A stretch of 64,000 nt of DNA from Malacoraja senta (GCA_038087875.1 CM075999.1:62001-126000); one strand, 5' to 3'. Numbered from the stretch's first letter, positions 1-12,589 are shown. A program made the numbers and translations. Notes: generated by a model not told the origin, from the sequence alone.

Positions 1-589
1 CTGGAGAGAGTGGTCAGTGTGGACTCAGTGGGCCGAATGGGCCTGTTTCCATGCTGTATCTTTCAAACAATTATTCAATCAATCAAATTTATCAATTTCA
101 ATTGATCTTGGTGACTGGGAATTGGACAGAATCAGATGTGAAAACACAGGCTGACGTTAAAGATGCTTTAATATTTCACAATTGTTTAAATAATTTTTTT
201 GTTGAATTGCTGAAAATAAAGCAAAGTACTATGATTTTGTAACCCTCGGTATCAATGCTGCCTGAATTTAATGTCTGATATCCACTTTGAATGAAATTTG
301 CTTTTTACTTTATCATCCACACCGTAACGGCACTTTCAAATGTAGCGTTCCATAAATGGGCTAATTACAGCCCCGTTAAAGAACAAAAAGATAATTAATG
401 CTACGTTGGAAACCTCAAGAGATAACGTATATAACAGTTCTGAACGAATGCGTTCCAATCTTGGAATTTCATCCATAAGTATAATTACTGTAGTATCACA
501 AAAAGGTGCCTTTGGGTTCAGTTAAAAATTATTGCACGATTCCTTTCTTTAAAAACATATTAACATGAATCAAAAATGCTACACAGAGA

Positions 590-930
590 CACAAAAAATT
601 GCAGATGCTGTAAATTTGAGCAAGGATCCAGTGAAGGTTAAAACTTACTGCTAGATTTAAACACAAAATGCTGGAGGAACTATACCTTTTAGATAGCATC
701 TATGGAGGGAATGGACAGACGACATTTCGGGTGGGGACCCTTCTTCAGAGTGATTGGAGTCAGCTGGAAAGAGAGGTGTGGGCTGGTCAAAGCCTGGCAA
801 GTGATAAGTGGATACAGGTGAGGGGGATTTGATTGTCTAGATGGGTGGAGTAGGTGACAAAGGCTTGAGGTGAAAAGGAGACAAAAGGGTATCAGAAAAG
901 GAGTGAAGTAAAATATGAGGGGGAAAAGAG
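590..930 (-). mobile_element. Penelope-like (PLE) pseudo-LTR-derived non-autonomous repeat with hammerhead-like motif
   Basis: Recurrent module ...ctgcagatgctg...cacaaaatgctggag...gcatc...; minus strand 719-751 reads CTGAAGA-agggtccccaccc-GAAA-TGTC. The same module is attached to a GIY-YIG C-terminus at 50950-51144. Confidence 0.6.

Positions 931-980
<50 letters not shown>
931..980. repeat. (TAATCCA)n 7-bp tandem repeat
   Basis: About 7 consecutive taatcca units. Confidence 0.95.
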
Positions 981-981
<1 letters not shown>

Positions 982-1069
982 TGTACCTACAGTACAACAG
1001 AATAATCAAATTCTGACTGCACCAAACCCTACTTCCACAAGTAAATAATCTTAGCTCATGAGATGCCAG

Positions 1070-1380
1070 GACAGCACAGTAGTGCAGCTGGTAGAGCTGC
1101 AGCTTCACAACGCCAGAGACCTGGGTTTGATCCTGACCTTGGGTGCTGTCTGTGGGGAGTTTGCACATTCTCCCTGTGATCCTGTGGGTTTCTCCCGGGT
1201 GTTCCAGTTTCCTCCCACCATGTGGATTTGTAGATTAATTGGCCTCTGTAAATTTCCCCTAGTGTGTAGGGAATGGATGAGAAGGTGGGATAACGTCGAA
1301 CTAGTGTGAACGGGTGATCAATGGTCGGCGTGGATGCAGTGGGCCGAAGGGCCTATTTCCACATTGTATCTCAAAACAAA
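1070..1380 (+). mobile_element. tRNA-derived V-SINE (HE1-like)
   Basis: tRNA-like head (gtgcagctggtagagc...gggtttgatcc), V-domain ggtgctgtctgtggggagtttgcacattctccc, CR1-like 3' tail gggccgaagggcctatttcc. Confidence 0.85.
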
Positions 1381-1475
1381 ACTATATTTGGTGAGAAATA
1401 CCCTTTCAAGACCAAACTAAAAATAATTAAATTCATGGCACAAATGAGTATTTTTGTAAAAAACTGCTGTCATAA

Positions 1476-2005
1476 AGGGGCAGTCCCACTTGGGCGACCT
1501 AATCCGCGAGTTCTGGCGAGTTTGCCCTCGACTCATACTCGCAGCATGGTCGACACGAGGTCGTAGGAGGTCTTCGTAACTCTCCTTCATGCTCGAGAAT
1601 GGTCTCCGCGTACTCGAGGCCTCAGCTAGGTCGCGGCGTTTTTTTCAACATGTTGAAAAATGCCCCCGAGTAAAAAAAGGTTGCCATGGAAAAAATCGAT
1701 ACTTTTTTTACTCGTAGGTTTAGTCGTAGTAGGTCGTAGTAGGTCAGCATGTTAGTTGTAGGTAATCGAGGGTAGTCGAAGATAGTCATAGATAGTCTTC
1801 ATCATGGTCGAAGGGAGGTCGAAGAAGGTCGTCTTCACTCTCCACTATTCGGTGTCCAATTTTCCCGAAGTTAGTCGTAGCTAGTCGAAGCTTGTCTTCA
1901 ACATAGTTGAAGGAGGTCGAAGGAGGTCTTCAACATGACATTTTTTCAAACTCGCCTAAACTCTTCTAAACTCGCCAAATAGGTCGCCACAGTGGGACAG
2001 CCCCT
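1476..2005. mobile_element. PIF/Harbinger-type MITE
   Basis: TIRs aggggcagtcccacttgggcgaccta / taggtcgccacagtgggacagcccct; 3-bp TSD TAA (1473-1475, 2006-2008); no ORF. Confidence 0.85.
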
Positions 2006-2504
2006 TAACTTTGCTTTGGTTGAAAGTAAAATGGACACACAAATTAATAATTAAAACATAAAAGAGGCAGGATGTAAGTTGCAGCAAGGTATATAATTAA
2101 AGGAATAAAGGATGACTACTGAAATGTTAAGAAGTGCTTTCCTATCATTTTTTTGCCCACAGCCATTTGCCAACACCCACCATTTCTTCAATCCCTGAGA
2201 CAAATCAGGACACAGAGTTGGGTCAAATCAGATGATGAGAGAGTGAGAACAATAAATCAAACAGCGCTGATATCAACTAAAACAAATTAGCAGTTATTTT
2301 TTTCCTGACAAAGTACATAACATTAAATTACTGATGACACAAGAGACTGCAGATGTTGGAATCTGGAGCAAAACACAAAGTGTTGTAGGAACTCAGCGGA
2401 AAGATCGGACAGGTGATGTTTTGGATTGGGACCCTTCTTCAGACTGCTGCGTTCACATGTACTGATTCATGGATTCACCAACTTTCCTATATCTAGGCTG
2501 TAGT

Positions 2505-2802
2505 TCAGTTTCTTTTAGATCAGTTTAAAAGTGAAGCATGGAAACGGGTCTTCAGCTCACCGAGTCCATGTCGATCATCTATTTAGGGACACACTACTAG
2601 TTGTCACTGGGAGCAATTTACGGAGGACATTTAGCCTACAAACCCGCACGTCTTTGTGATGAGGAGGAAACCGGAGTACCCGAGGAAACCCACGCGGTCA
2701 TAGGGCGAACGGGCAAACTCCGTACAGACAGCACCAGTAGTCAGGATCGAACCCGGGTCTCTGGCAGCAGGAGGCAGCAGCTCTACCAGCTGCACCACTG
2801 TG
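2505..2802 (-). mobile_element. V-SINE (HE1-like)
   Basis: Reverse complement of V-domain (caaactccgtacagacagcacc) and tRNA head (ctctaccagctgcaccactgtg). Confidence 0.85.
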
Positions 2803-3661
2803 TCATCCTATTTATTGATATCGTGCACTGCCCTTGCAGCACGTGAAGTCTTGGCTTTAATCAGCACCAAGGACACACCCATATTGAAACCTTTGTAAAT
2901 TCACTGAGAGAAGAACACAACATGTTTAGCATGATCTGGATGCTATTATATTGATGCATTGTGAGAACAAATGTAGTTACATCTCAACATGAGTTAAACT
3001 CCTGCTGCGATCCCTTGTGCTATTCAAGTTAGTTCTGATGTGTTACTCAGCAGCTCCTGAGAGTCCAATTCAGAACTTATTCATCATTATCCTTGCTCCT
3101 TCTGATGGGACATTGCTGCTATTCACTAGGTCGACTGGAATCCCATTCTTGCTGCTCCTTTTCAGTCAGAGAGTCAAGAGTCAAGCGTCAAGAGTGTTTA
3201 ATTGTCATATGTCCCGAAATGGAACAATGAAATTCTTACTTGCAATAGCATAACAGGTCTGTGAATGCAGTAATCAATAGATAACATAATAAACAAGCAA
3301 AAAAAAAGTTCAATAACTAAAAGGTTATCCCCAGATGCTGCCTGACATCCAGCACATGATGCTTTGCTCAATAAATTACTGATGATCATTGAATAGGTCA
3401 TGGTGATGAGAAAGGACTTTCAACCATGCAACAATGGTCCACTGGAGATACAAGAAACTGCAGATGCTAGTTTAAAAAAAAAGACACAAGGTGTTGGAGT
3501 AACTCAGCAGGTCATGCAACTTCTCTTGAGTACATGGATAGGCGATACAAGGAACTGAAGAGGCTGGTTTACAAAAATAGACACACAGTGCTGGAGTAAC
3601 TCACGGGGTCAGGCAGCATCTCTGGAGAACAGTGCTGGAGAAGACAAATCTATCCATAGTC

Positions 3662-4680
3662 TAGTCAAGTCAAGTCAATTTGTGGCAATGCCTGCGGATT
3701 GTGCAAAAACTATAGAACAGAGTAGAACAGAATCAGTATTTACATGTTAGAAAATATATATTTTTTAAAGACACAACACAACACAACACAACAATAAATT
3801 AGTCTCTGGTGAGATAAGAGTTTACAGTCCTGATGGCCTGAGGGAAGAAACTCTGTTTCATCCTCTCTGTTTTCACAGCATGACAGCGGAGGTGTTTGCC
3901 TGACCATAGCAGCTGGAACAGTCCGTTGCTGGGGTGGTAGAGGTCCCCCATAATGTTGCTGGCTCTGGATCTGCACCTCCTGGTGTATAGGTCCTGCAAG
4001 GGGGTGATTGTAGTTCCCATTGTGCGTTCGGCCAAACGCACTACACTCTGCAGAGCCCTTCCTGTCCTGGGCAGAGCTGTCCCTAAACCAGATTGTGATG
4101 TTGCCGGACAAGATGCTTTCTACAGCTGCTCACCCTAGCCACATAGTCCCATTTATCTCCAGTGGGGTGTACGTCATCGGATGTTGTGCCCTTCTAAAGT
4201 CCACAATCAGCTCCTTAGTTTTTGTGACATTCAAGAGGAGGCTGTTGTCCTGACACCAGAGTGCCAGATCAGCCACCTCCTCCCGGTAGGCCTTCTCATC
4301 ATTATCAGAGATCAGGCCCACCACCACAGTGTCATCAGCAAACTTGATGTGGGGTTGGAGCTGAACCTGACCACACAGTCATGTGTGTACAGGGAGTACA
4401 GTAGGGGGCTAAGGACGCAACCCTGGGGGGATCCTGTGTTCAGGGTGAGGGGGTTGGATGTATGTCTCCCCATCTTGACCACCTGTGGCCTGGCGGTGAG
4501 AAAGTCCAGGACCCAGACACACAGGGGAGTGTTAAGCCCCAGTTTCAGCAGTTTCTCAGCAAGTCTGGTGGGGACTATCGCATTGAAAGCTGAACTGAAG
4601 TCAATGAACAGCATCCTCACGTAGCCCTTCTTCTGGCTGTCAAGGCGAGAGACAGTGGTGTGCAGAACCTGGGTAATGGT
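3662..4680 (-). mobile_element. Rex1/Babar LINE, 5'-truncated, frameshifted RT
   Basis: ORF pieces [69 protein letters not shown]; (TTGAC)n tail near 3662-3677. Confidence 0.9.
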
Positions 4681-4733
4681 TCTCTAGCAATGGTCTAATG
4701 CCCAGTTCAATGGTCTGGATCTCCTCGCTATTA

Positions 4734-5499
4734 AGGGCCTGTCCCACTGCGGCGACATAATTTGCGAGTTTAGAAGAGTTTGCGCTCAACTCAAACTCGC
4801 AGCATGGTCGACACGTGGTCCTAGGAGGTCACTGGAACTCTCATTCATGCTCGAGGGAAGTTTCCGCATACTCGCGGCCTTAATTTGGTCGCGGAAAAAT
4901 TTTCACCATGCTGAAAAATTTTCCGCGAGTAAATATTGGTCGTTATGGTTCTTTTGATCTCGTAGTGCAGTGGAGTGGGGTCACTATGTAGTTATAGGCA
5001 GTCGAGGGTAGCCGAAGGCAATCTTCTTTGCTGACCGGGCATTTTAATTGGCTCATTGAAGTTTTCCGAACCAAGGAAAACCGACGGGTAATGTTAAATG
5101 CCCTCTAAACTTTATTAAAAGTTGTCTGGCTTCTAAAAATGTCTCCACTCCTTCTCTGCCCCCTTCTCCCCCTTTCTCTCCCCTTCTACCCCCTTCTCTC
5201 CCCTTCTCTCCCCTTCTCTCCCCTTCGCTCCCCTTCGCTCCCCTTCTCTACCCCCCCCCCACACCACGCTATCTAAAGGACTTACCGTACACTGTGCCAG
5301 CCGTCTTTTACCTTCCTGTTCATCGCGGGTGTGAGTTGCAGACAGCGCTTCCCCGCTTTCCCTGGCCCCCGCCTTTGCGATGTTTGTCTGTGTGTGAGTG
5401 TGTTGACAATCGATCCAGCTCGTGGTTTCATCGCAGACAGTCGATCCAGCTCGAGGTTTTTCAGGCGAGTGCCCTCGACGCGTTAGTGGGACAGGCCCT
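4734..5499. mobile_element. PIF/Harbinger-type MITE, related to 1476-2005
   Basis: TIRs agggcctgtcccact / agtgggacaggccct; TSD TTA (4731-4733, 5500-5502); shared internal segment ctcgcagcatggtcgacacg; internal pyrimidine-rich 12-mer repeat 5150-5245. Confidence 0.85.
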
Positions 5500-5653
5500 T
5501 TACTATAGATGAATGAATGAATAAGTATATTGGCCAAGTATTCACGTACAAGGCATTTGCCTTGGTGCTCCAACCGCAAGTGACAACATGACATATCGTG
5601 ACAGTTAGGAATGACACATCAAGCTGAAGATGTCACATCAAGATATACCACCA

Positions 5654-6525
5654 AGGGCGCCGTATGAAGGCAGCCTCTGCCTACGGTCTGTCTGTTTTTT
5701 CATCTTTTTGTTATTTTTAGTCTGTTTACAAAGTATGTTTTGGAGGTTTCTTAGTCTTTTTATGTGGGGGAGGTGGGGAGGGTAAGGGGGGAAACCGTTT
5801 CTCAGTCACTTCCTGGCGAGGATGCGTCTATTCTCTGAGTCGCGTCTCCGCCCCCCCTCCCCCTCGCGGCCTACCATCTGGATTGGCGCGGCCTTTCCTG
5901 CCGGAGACCGGCCAGAGCTTCAGCAGCGGCGCAGCACTGAAATGACATCGCGGAGCGGGCAATGCCTTAACGGAGATCGCTTGTTGAAGCTCCGGAGTGT
6001 TGGGACTGCTGTTTAACATCGTGGAGCTGTGGTTGCGGAGCTTCTAGCCTCGGGCGGTGCTCACTTCAACATCGCGGAGTCCTGGTGATCCCTTTGCTGA
6101 GGGCCGCCAGTGTTGAAATCTCCGCCCAGCTCGGCCTGTGGACTTCGGGAGCCGCGGTTTCCGGTAAGAAGTGGCCGATTTGGAACTCCAAGCCGCTGAG
6201 AATGTTCTTCCGTTCCGACGTCTGAGTTTCGATCATCCCGGCGAGAGGGCCTGAACATCGGGCCATCCGTAGCGGCGACTGAGGAGGGCTCGGGAGGCCC
6301 CGACCACGGGTGAACAAAGAAGAAGATGACTGAACTTTATTGCCTTCCCTCACAATGGGAAACGTTGATTCTGCTGTGTGGGGATGTCTATGTTAAATTC
6401 TATCGTGTGTTGTGTTCTTTTTTTATTCGTGTGGCTGTATGGTAACCCAAATTTCACTGTACCAATTGGTGCATGGGACAATAAATGTAAACTTGAACTA
6501 TTAAACTTGAATTTGAAGTTGAAGT
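5654..6525 (+). mobile_element. GC/CpG-rich non-autonomous retroelement with Rex1-like 3' tail (copy 1)
   Basis: Shares acatcgcggagc repeats, aggccccgaccacgggtga and the tail aaatttcactgtaccaattggt...gacaataaa with 56330-56908; more diverged relative at 39570-40292. Confidence 0.65.
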
Positions 6526-7164
6526 GAACAGTAATGCAGTCTCTTATGTGTGCTCTAACTGTGACAAGCCAACTGCATCTGGGGAATCTGTTGCCTGAGA
6601 GTTTGCTTTGAGTTAATACATGGAAGAACACAATGAGAAATATCTGGTGAAATTCTTAAGTTTTAAAAAAGCGCAGCTTCTTAAAATGTGCACCACAGCC
6701 TTTATTTGGATAATCCCACTCTCATACTTAGAAGCAAATACAAATGGAAACATTTATAATCTCTAAGATCCTTATAATCAATAAACCATGGATGGTCTTA
6801 TTATAAAACACAGGTCAAATCAATGTCATTGGAACATAGTAAGTAATCTCAAGTTTTAAAGTAGACCAGATTATGCCAAACAAAAGTTGAACTGATATCA
6901 CGAAGCAGATAGTGATTGTGTTTGAAAGCAACTGGTTTTCTATTGTGAAACAGATGTTCCTTGTACTGTGAATCATATGGGATAAGTATTTGGATGTGTG
7001 TGTTCTCCACATCTTGCAATCAGTATAAGCTTCTTTCGCATAGTCTGTCACGGGTAATCTGAAGTCAGGCACAAACAATCATCATTTGGCAACATCTCTC
7101 CAGCTGTGAGGGTTTTGTCACGCAGTTCCTTAACAAGACAACGGGGAGGGATGTGGAATAAATG

Positions 7165-7622
7165 TCATGGAGTCATGCAGCATAGAAAGAGGCCCCTCGG
7201 CCCAACTTGGCCAAGCTGACCAAGCTGCCCCATCTAAGCTCGCATTTGGTTCATATCCCGCCAAACCTTCCCTATCAATGTACCTATACAATTGTCTTTC
7301 AAATGCTGTTGTAATATCTGGCTCAACTACTTCCTCTGGCAGCTCGTTCCATATACGCACCACCCTCTGTGTGAAAAGGTTGCCCCTCAGGTTCCTATTA
7401 AATCTTGCCACTCTCACCTTAAACTTATGTCCTCTGATTCTTGATTCCCCTACCCTGGGTAAAAGAGTTTGCATATTCACCCTATCTATTGCTCTCTTTG
7501 TTTTATACGCCTCTATAAGATCACCCCTCAGCCTCCTGTGCTCTAAGGAATAAAGTACTAACCTGCCCAACCACTCCCTATAGCTCAGGCCCCCGAGTCC
7601 TGGCAACATCCTCGTATATCTT
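7165..7622 (-). mobile_element. CR1/HER1-like LINE 3' fragment
   Basis: ORF 7130-7735(-) contains LYSLEHRRLRGDLIEAYK...RNLRGNLFTQRVVRIWNELP, the typical CR1 ORF2 C-terminus. Confidence 0.9.
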
Positions 7623-7921
7623 GTCATGAAATGTGATACAAGCTGGAAATTGGTAAATAATGGAACATATCTGAGCACATTTTTATTATTTCTTGGATTA
7701 AAAATAAAATGGAATAACTCTTTAATTCCTGGCATCTTAAAATGCGTAATACGCTATTGAACTCGATAACTAGCAGCATATTGTAATGTGAAACTTCCAT
7801 TTCTTTTATAAGCATTTAATCATAAGATGGAATTTGAAAGAAAGTCAGAGATTCAATGGCATTTCACTGAAGCCTAAAATGCAATAACAATCTTTCTATT
7901 CAGTAATGCTGCTGCAACATT

Positions 7922-8121
7922 NNNNNNNNNNNNNNNNNNNNNNNNNNNNNNNNNNNNNNNNNNNNNNNNNNNNNNNNNNNNNNNNNNNNNNNNNNNNNNN
8001 NNNNNNNNNNNNNNNNNNNNNNNNNNNNNNNNNNNNNNNNNNNNNNNNNNNNNNNNNNNNNNNNNNNNNNNNNNNNNNNNNNNNNNNNNNNNNNNNNNNN
8101 NNNNNNNNNNNNNNNNNNNNN
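7922..8121. other. assembly gap (200 N)
   Basis: Run of N. Confidence 1.
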
Positions 8122-9395
8122 AGGGAGACCATGTCTACTGTTGACCTTCCAGCTCAGAAACCGCACTGTGACTCTGGGTAGACACGTTCTGCCAGCTTCT
8201 GCAGGCGGATCAAGATGACCCGAGCAAAGACCTTGCTGACGATGTTGAGGAGGGAGATGCCTCTGTAGTTGTTGCAGTCGCTTCTCTCGCCCTTGTTCTT
8301 GTGGAGGGTAATGATTGTGGCAACCCTCATGTACTGCGGTATGGCTCCTTCTTGCCAGCACTGGCAGAGGACTTCATACAAAGGAAGCAGTAAGGTAGTC
8401 TTGCAATGCTTGATCAGGTCAGGGGGAATCCCGTCGCTGCCTGGGGCCTTGCCTGAGGCCAGGCTGTCAATGGCCTTGCTGAGCTCTTCTACCGTCGGCT
8501 CTGCGTCTAACTCATCCATGATCGGCAGGCACTCGATGGCATCAAGGGCTGAGGGGGACACAGTGTTCTCTCTCGAGTAGAGGTTGGAGTAGTGTTCCAC
8601 CCATCTCCCCATCTGCTGGCATTCGTCTGTGATTACTTCCCCAGTAGAGGATGTGAGGGGGGCTGGACTGGTCTTAATGCCTTCTTAATGCCATCGTACA
8701 TTCCCCTGATGTTCCCTGTTATGGTGGCCATCTGGATGTCCTCACTAAGCTGTGTCCTTGCTCCTGTCTGCTGAACCTTGCTCCTGGCAGCCCAGTGAAT
8801 CTGCAGTATCTTCTCGTTAGCTGACCGCTTGTACTCGACTAGGGTGGCGCGCTTGGCTTCGATGATGGGAGTCATCTCGGTCGACTTGTCCTCAAACCAG
8901 TCGTGCGTCTTCGAGGTCTTCTTCCCAAAGATAGCCAAGGCTGTGCGGTGCATGGTCTCCCGCAGAGTTTCCCACTTCTCTGTTGCAGAGTCTCCAGGAC
9001 ATGAGGTGCCAAGTTCTCTCTCAAAAGCCTCTTCAAACTGTTGCACGAGGTCTGGACGGGGCATCTTACTGACATCGATGCGGGGTATCCCTGCTTCTTG
9101 GTGCGGTAAAACCTCTTTGGTTGCAGCCTGATCTTGCAACACACCAAGGAGTGGTCTATGTCGCAGTCCGCACTGTGGTAGGAGCGTGTGTGGAGAACGT
9201 ACTTGATGGCAGCACGTCTGACTAGGATCAGATCCAGTTGATGCCAATGCCTTGAGCCTGGGTGTCTTCAGGAAACCTTGTGCTGGGGCTTTGTCTGGAA
9301 GTATGAGTTGGTGATGCACAGGACATGGTAAGTGCACAGCTCAAGCAGCCGCTGTCCGTTATCATTCATTTTGCCCACACCAAACTGCCCAAGGC
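8122..9395 (-). mobile_element. RTE-clade LINE, non-inverted part (endonuclease C-terminus, linker, RT N-terminus)
   Basis: Minus strand reads LGQFGVGKMNDNGQRLLELC...HWHQLDLIL, then GKAPGSDGIPPDLIK...NYRGISLLNIVSKVFARVIL...YPESQCGF; runs into the gap. Confidence 0.9.
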
Positions 9396-10510
9396 CGATG
9401 GGGCTCGTCAGCCTGGGAAGGCAGTCCATCTAGGAGAGGGAAAACTCTGATTTAAAATCACCACTGCCTTGTGGCCATATCCAGTCATGGAAAAGGCTCC
9501 AGGAGTAAACCTCAAGAGAATCCGGAGTCGGAGCCCCTAAGGCAGTTCGTCGTTGTCTACAACCTCGCTCTGGCAGCTCCTGCGACGGCGCTGGTGCCAA
9601 ACTGTAACGGCCCTGCTGTTCCTTTGGATTGACGCAGAGAGGGGGGACGTGCTGCATGGGCAACAGCCTGTCCTCCATATGACATCGCCCAGGCTTGCAT
9701 CTGACCATACATCACCTGCAAACGTACACCTACAACCTGGAGAGGACACTCCAGCTTCGCCTGCGGCGCCGACACAACACGGGGAGCAACAGTTACCGGT
9801 TATAAGTCATCGCTAGATTGGCGTAAAGCGAGGCGCCAGGGGTTGCTCCCGACGGTGGCAGGGATTTTCGGATCTCACTGGACAGCTACCGCCCGCCTCA
9901 AGCTGGGCAGCCCCCAGCCAATAAGGTGCTGTCCCGCCACAGTCTGCTATCCTCACTGGGTTCACGGGGATTAGGAACCATCCCAACAGCAGATCGCAAC
10001 CTTCGCACCTACCAACAAATACACAGCAAAAGAGACCAGCTCTAAAACTGGGAACTTGGAATATCCGGACTATGATGACTGGCCTCTCCGAAAACCTACA
10101 GGACATCAGCGATTCCAGGAAAACAGCTGTCATAAACAACGAGCTCAAGAGACTCAACGTGGACATAGCCACCCTTCAGGAAACAAGGCTGGCAGACTGG
10201 GGCACACTGAAGGAGAAGGAGTACACATTTTACTGGCAGGGGAAGGACTGTGACAAGCCCAGAGAGCACGGAGTAGGCTTCGCAGCAAGGAACAGCCTTC
10301 TGAACACGTTGGAACCAGGCAGTAATGGCTCAGAGCGACTCCTGACTCTCTGCCTCAACACCACCGCAGGCCCAGTCACACTTGTCAGCGTGTATGCCCC
10401 GACACTGTCCTCCACATCAGACACAAAGGACAAATTCTATGAGAACCTCGCATCCATCAGCAGCAGCATCCACAGCAAGGAAGAACTTGTTCTCCTGGGC
10501 GACTTCAACT
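9396..10510 (+). mobile_element. RTE-clade LINE, inverted 5' part (5'UTR plus APE endonuclease N-terminus)
   Basis: LKLGTWNIRTMMTG...RKTAVINNELKRLNVDIATLQETRL...HGVGFA...VSVYAPTL...LLGDFN, ending at 10510. Confidence 0.9.
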
Positions 10511-10916
10511 TCACACTAGTTCTATATTATCCCACTTTCTCATCCACTCCTTTCGCACTAGGGACGGGATCATGACAGAACCTTCCTCGTGGCGATCCCC
10601 GGAAAACGATGACACGATGCACTCTGTGACACGTCGGGCGACCAATTCTGTCAACATGTTGGACGACGACAGAAGCCAACAGCGAGCTCTGCGTGGTCTG
10701 ACATACGAGCGATCGAACATTATGGACAATTTACAAAGACCACTTAACCTACAAACCAGTACGTCTTTGAGATGTGGGAGGAAACAGAGTACCTGGAGGA
10801 AATCCACGCGGTCACAAGGAGGACATGTAAACAGCACACAGACATCAGCTGAGGTCAGGATCGAACTTGGGTCCCTGGTGCTGTGTGGTAGCAGCTCTAC
10901 CCACTGCACCACTGTG
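10511..10916 (-). mobile_element. V-SINE, 3'-truncated, with ~160-bp internal insert
   Basis: V-domain and tRNA head at 10725-10916; SINE tail at 10511-10565; unrelated CpG-rich sequence between them. Confidence 0.75.
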
Positions 10917-12589
10917 CTTTGCTATAACAAAAATGGTTAAATGGCTGTTTGTAAATGCAAAATATATGGGGAGAAGGCAGGCACGGGTTATTGATTGGGG
11001 ACCATGATCACAATGATCGGCGGTGCTGGCTCGAAGGGCCGAATGGCCTCCTCCTGCACCTATTTTCTACGTTTCTATGTTTCTATATTTTGGGCTGCTC
11101 AGCCAAATGACACGGCTAACCTCTGGTAGCTGGCCTAGCTCACCCACGGCGGAACTGAAGAGGGAAGCCTCCGAGCCCGGTCGCAGCTCGTCCCCAAGGA
11201 CCAGGGAACCGGAGAGTGGAGGGAGACGGCGATGGTGGACGCAGGAAGAAAGGGCCGGTAAGCGGATCCGGTGTCTTCCCCTTCTGCGCCCTCAAGGTTG
11301 GCTGCGAGAGGCGTCACTGGCAATGTGACTGGGCGAGGAGAGGGACGATGGTTTGATGGGTGATCCAGATCGAGGTGATGGCTGTATTTCCTGCAGCTAA
11401 GACAACAGGCCTTTGTGGCCAGCTGCAGCTTGGACTTTGAAAGTGGTGCCAAAACCTGGCGACTCTTGAATACAATCTCAGTGGGCTATTTCTATACACT
11501 TTGTATTTAATCTGGGATTGTGATTATGTGTAGTAATCATTTATTGAACTGCAGGCAAAACTAGAATTTCACTGTACCTTGGAACATGTGATAATAAAGA
11601 ACCATTGACCATTATAGTACCATTATTAGCATGGGTTTTCTCTGGGCGCTCAAGTTTCCTACCACATTCCAAAGACCTGCATGTTTGTAGGTTAATTAGC
11701 TTCTGTAAAATTGTCCCTAGTAATCGTTGGTCGGCACGGACATGGTGGCCAAAGGACCTGTTTCCATGCTGAATCTCTAAACCAAACTAAACTAAACTGA
11801 ACTATTTCATACAAGAGAGACCCAAGGAACTGCAGATGCTGGAATAGAACATAGAACAGTACAGCACAGGAAGAGGCCCTTCGGCCCACATTGTCTGTGC
11901 CAAACATGATGTCAAGATCATCTATTATCTGCCTGTACGTGATCCACCTCCCTCCATTCCCTGGATGTCCATATACAGTAGCTATCCAAAAACATTTCCA
12001 AAACATCAACCTTCAGCCTCCTGCGCTCCAAGGAATAAAGTCCAATAAAGTTAGGAAACCTCTCTGCTTATTCAGTCCTCAAGACCACCTCGATTTTTAT
12101 GGAGGGGGGGGGGGTTCTGGGAGGGTCTTCAAAGTCTTTTTAAAGACTTCCCTCGAAAAGAAAGCAGAATCGCAGTCCAAAGTGCCAGGGAGTCTGGCTC
12201 TCTGCTCTACTCTGATTATATGGTGTGATATTACATAACGAAGCATAGCACAAGTTGTGCTTGTAACATTGAGAGTTTTCAAAATCATGCACAAACCACA
12301 TGCCGTTTCCCAAAAGAAAACCTTATTCATAAACATAATTAATGCAGCATGGCTTATATATTCTAAATATGACTTTGGCACTAATGGGTGTGTAAAGACT
12401 TCTACTGCAGCTCCTTGTAGAGTCCTGTGGGCAGTTCTGCTCTCATTAGAGGTTTGTTTTAAGAGCCAGATATAACTCCAGTTGGTTACGCTGCCACACC
12501 GGATTGATCTGTTAGCTTTTGTGTAATCAATGTGCTAGGAGATGATCTAAAACAAAACCAGGTTGCCTCGTAATGAAGGAGATAACAAA

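Noticed and set aside
1070..1140. tRNA genes at V-SINE heads
   Set aside because: A/B-box-like heads run directly into the V-domain and LINE-like tail and are degenerate; these are SINEs, not tRNAs.
7896..8361. ORFs spanning N runs (also 34707-35123)
   Set aside because: Artefacts of assembly gaps.
9396..9500. HDV-like ribozyme at the RTE 5' end
   Set aside because: No P1/P2/P3 nested pseudoknot could be built by eye; the true 5' end may be missing.
11150..11195. Hammerhead at ctgaagagggaagcctccgag
   Set aside because: Has CUGAAGA and a short stem but lacks GAAA and an NUH context.
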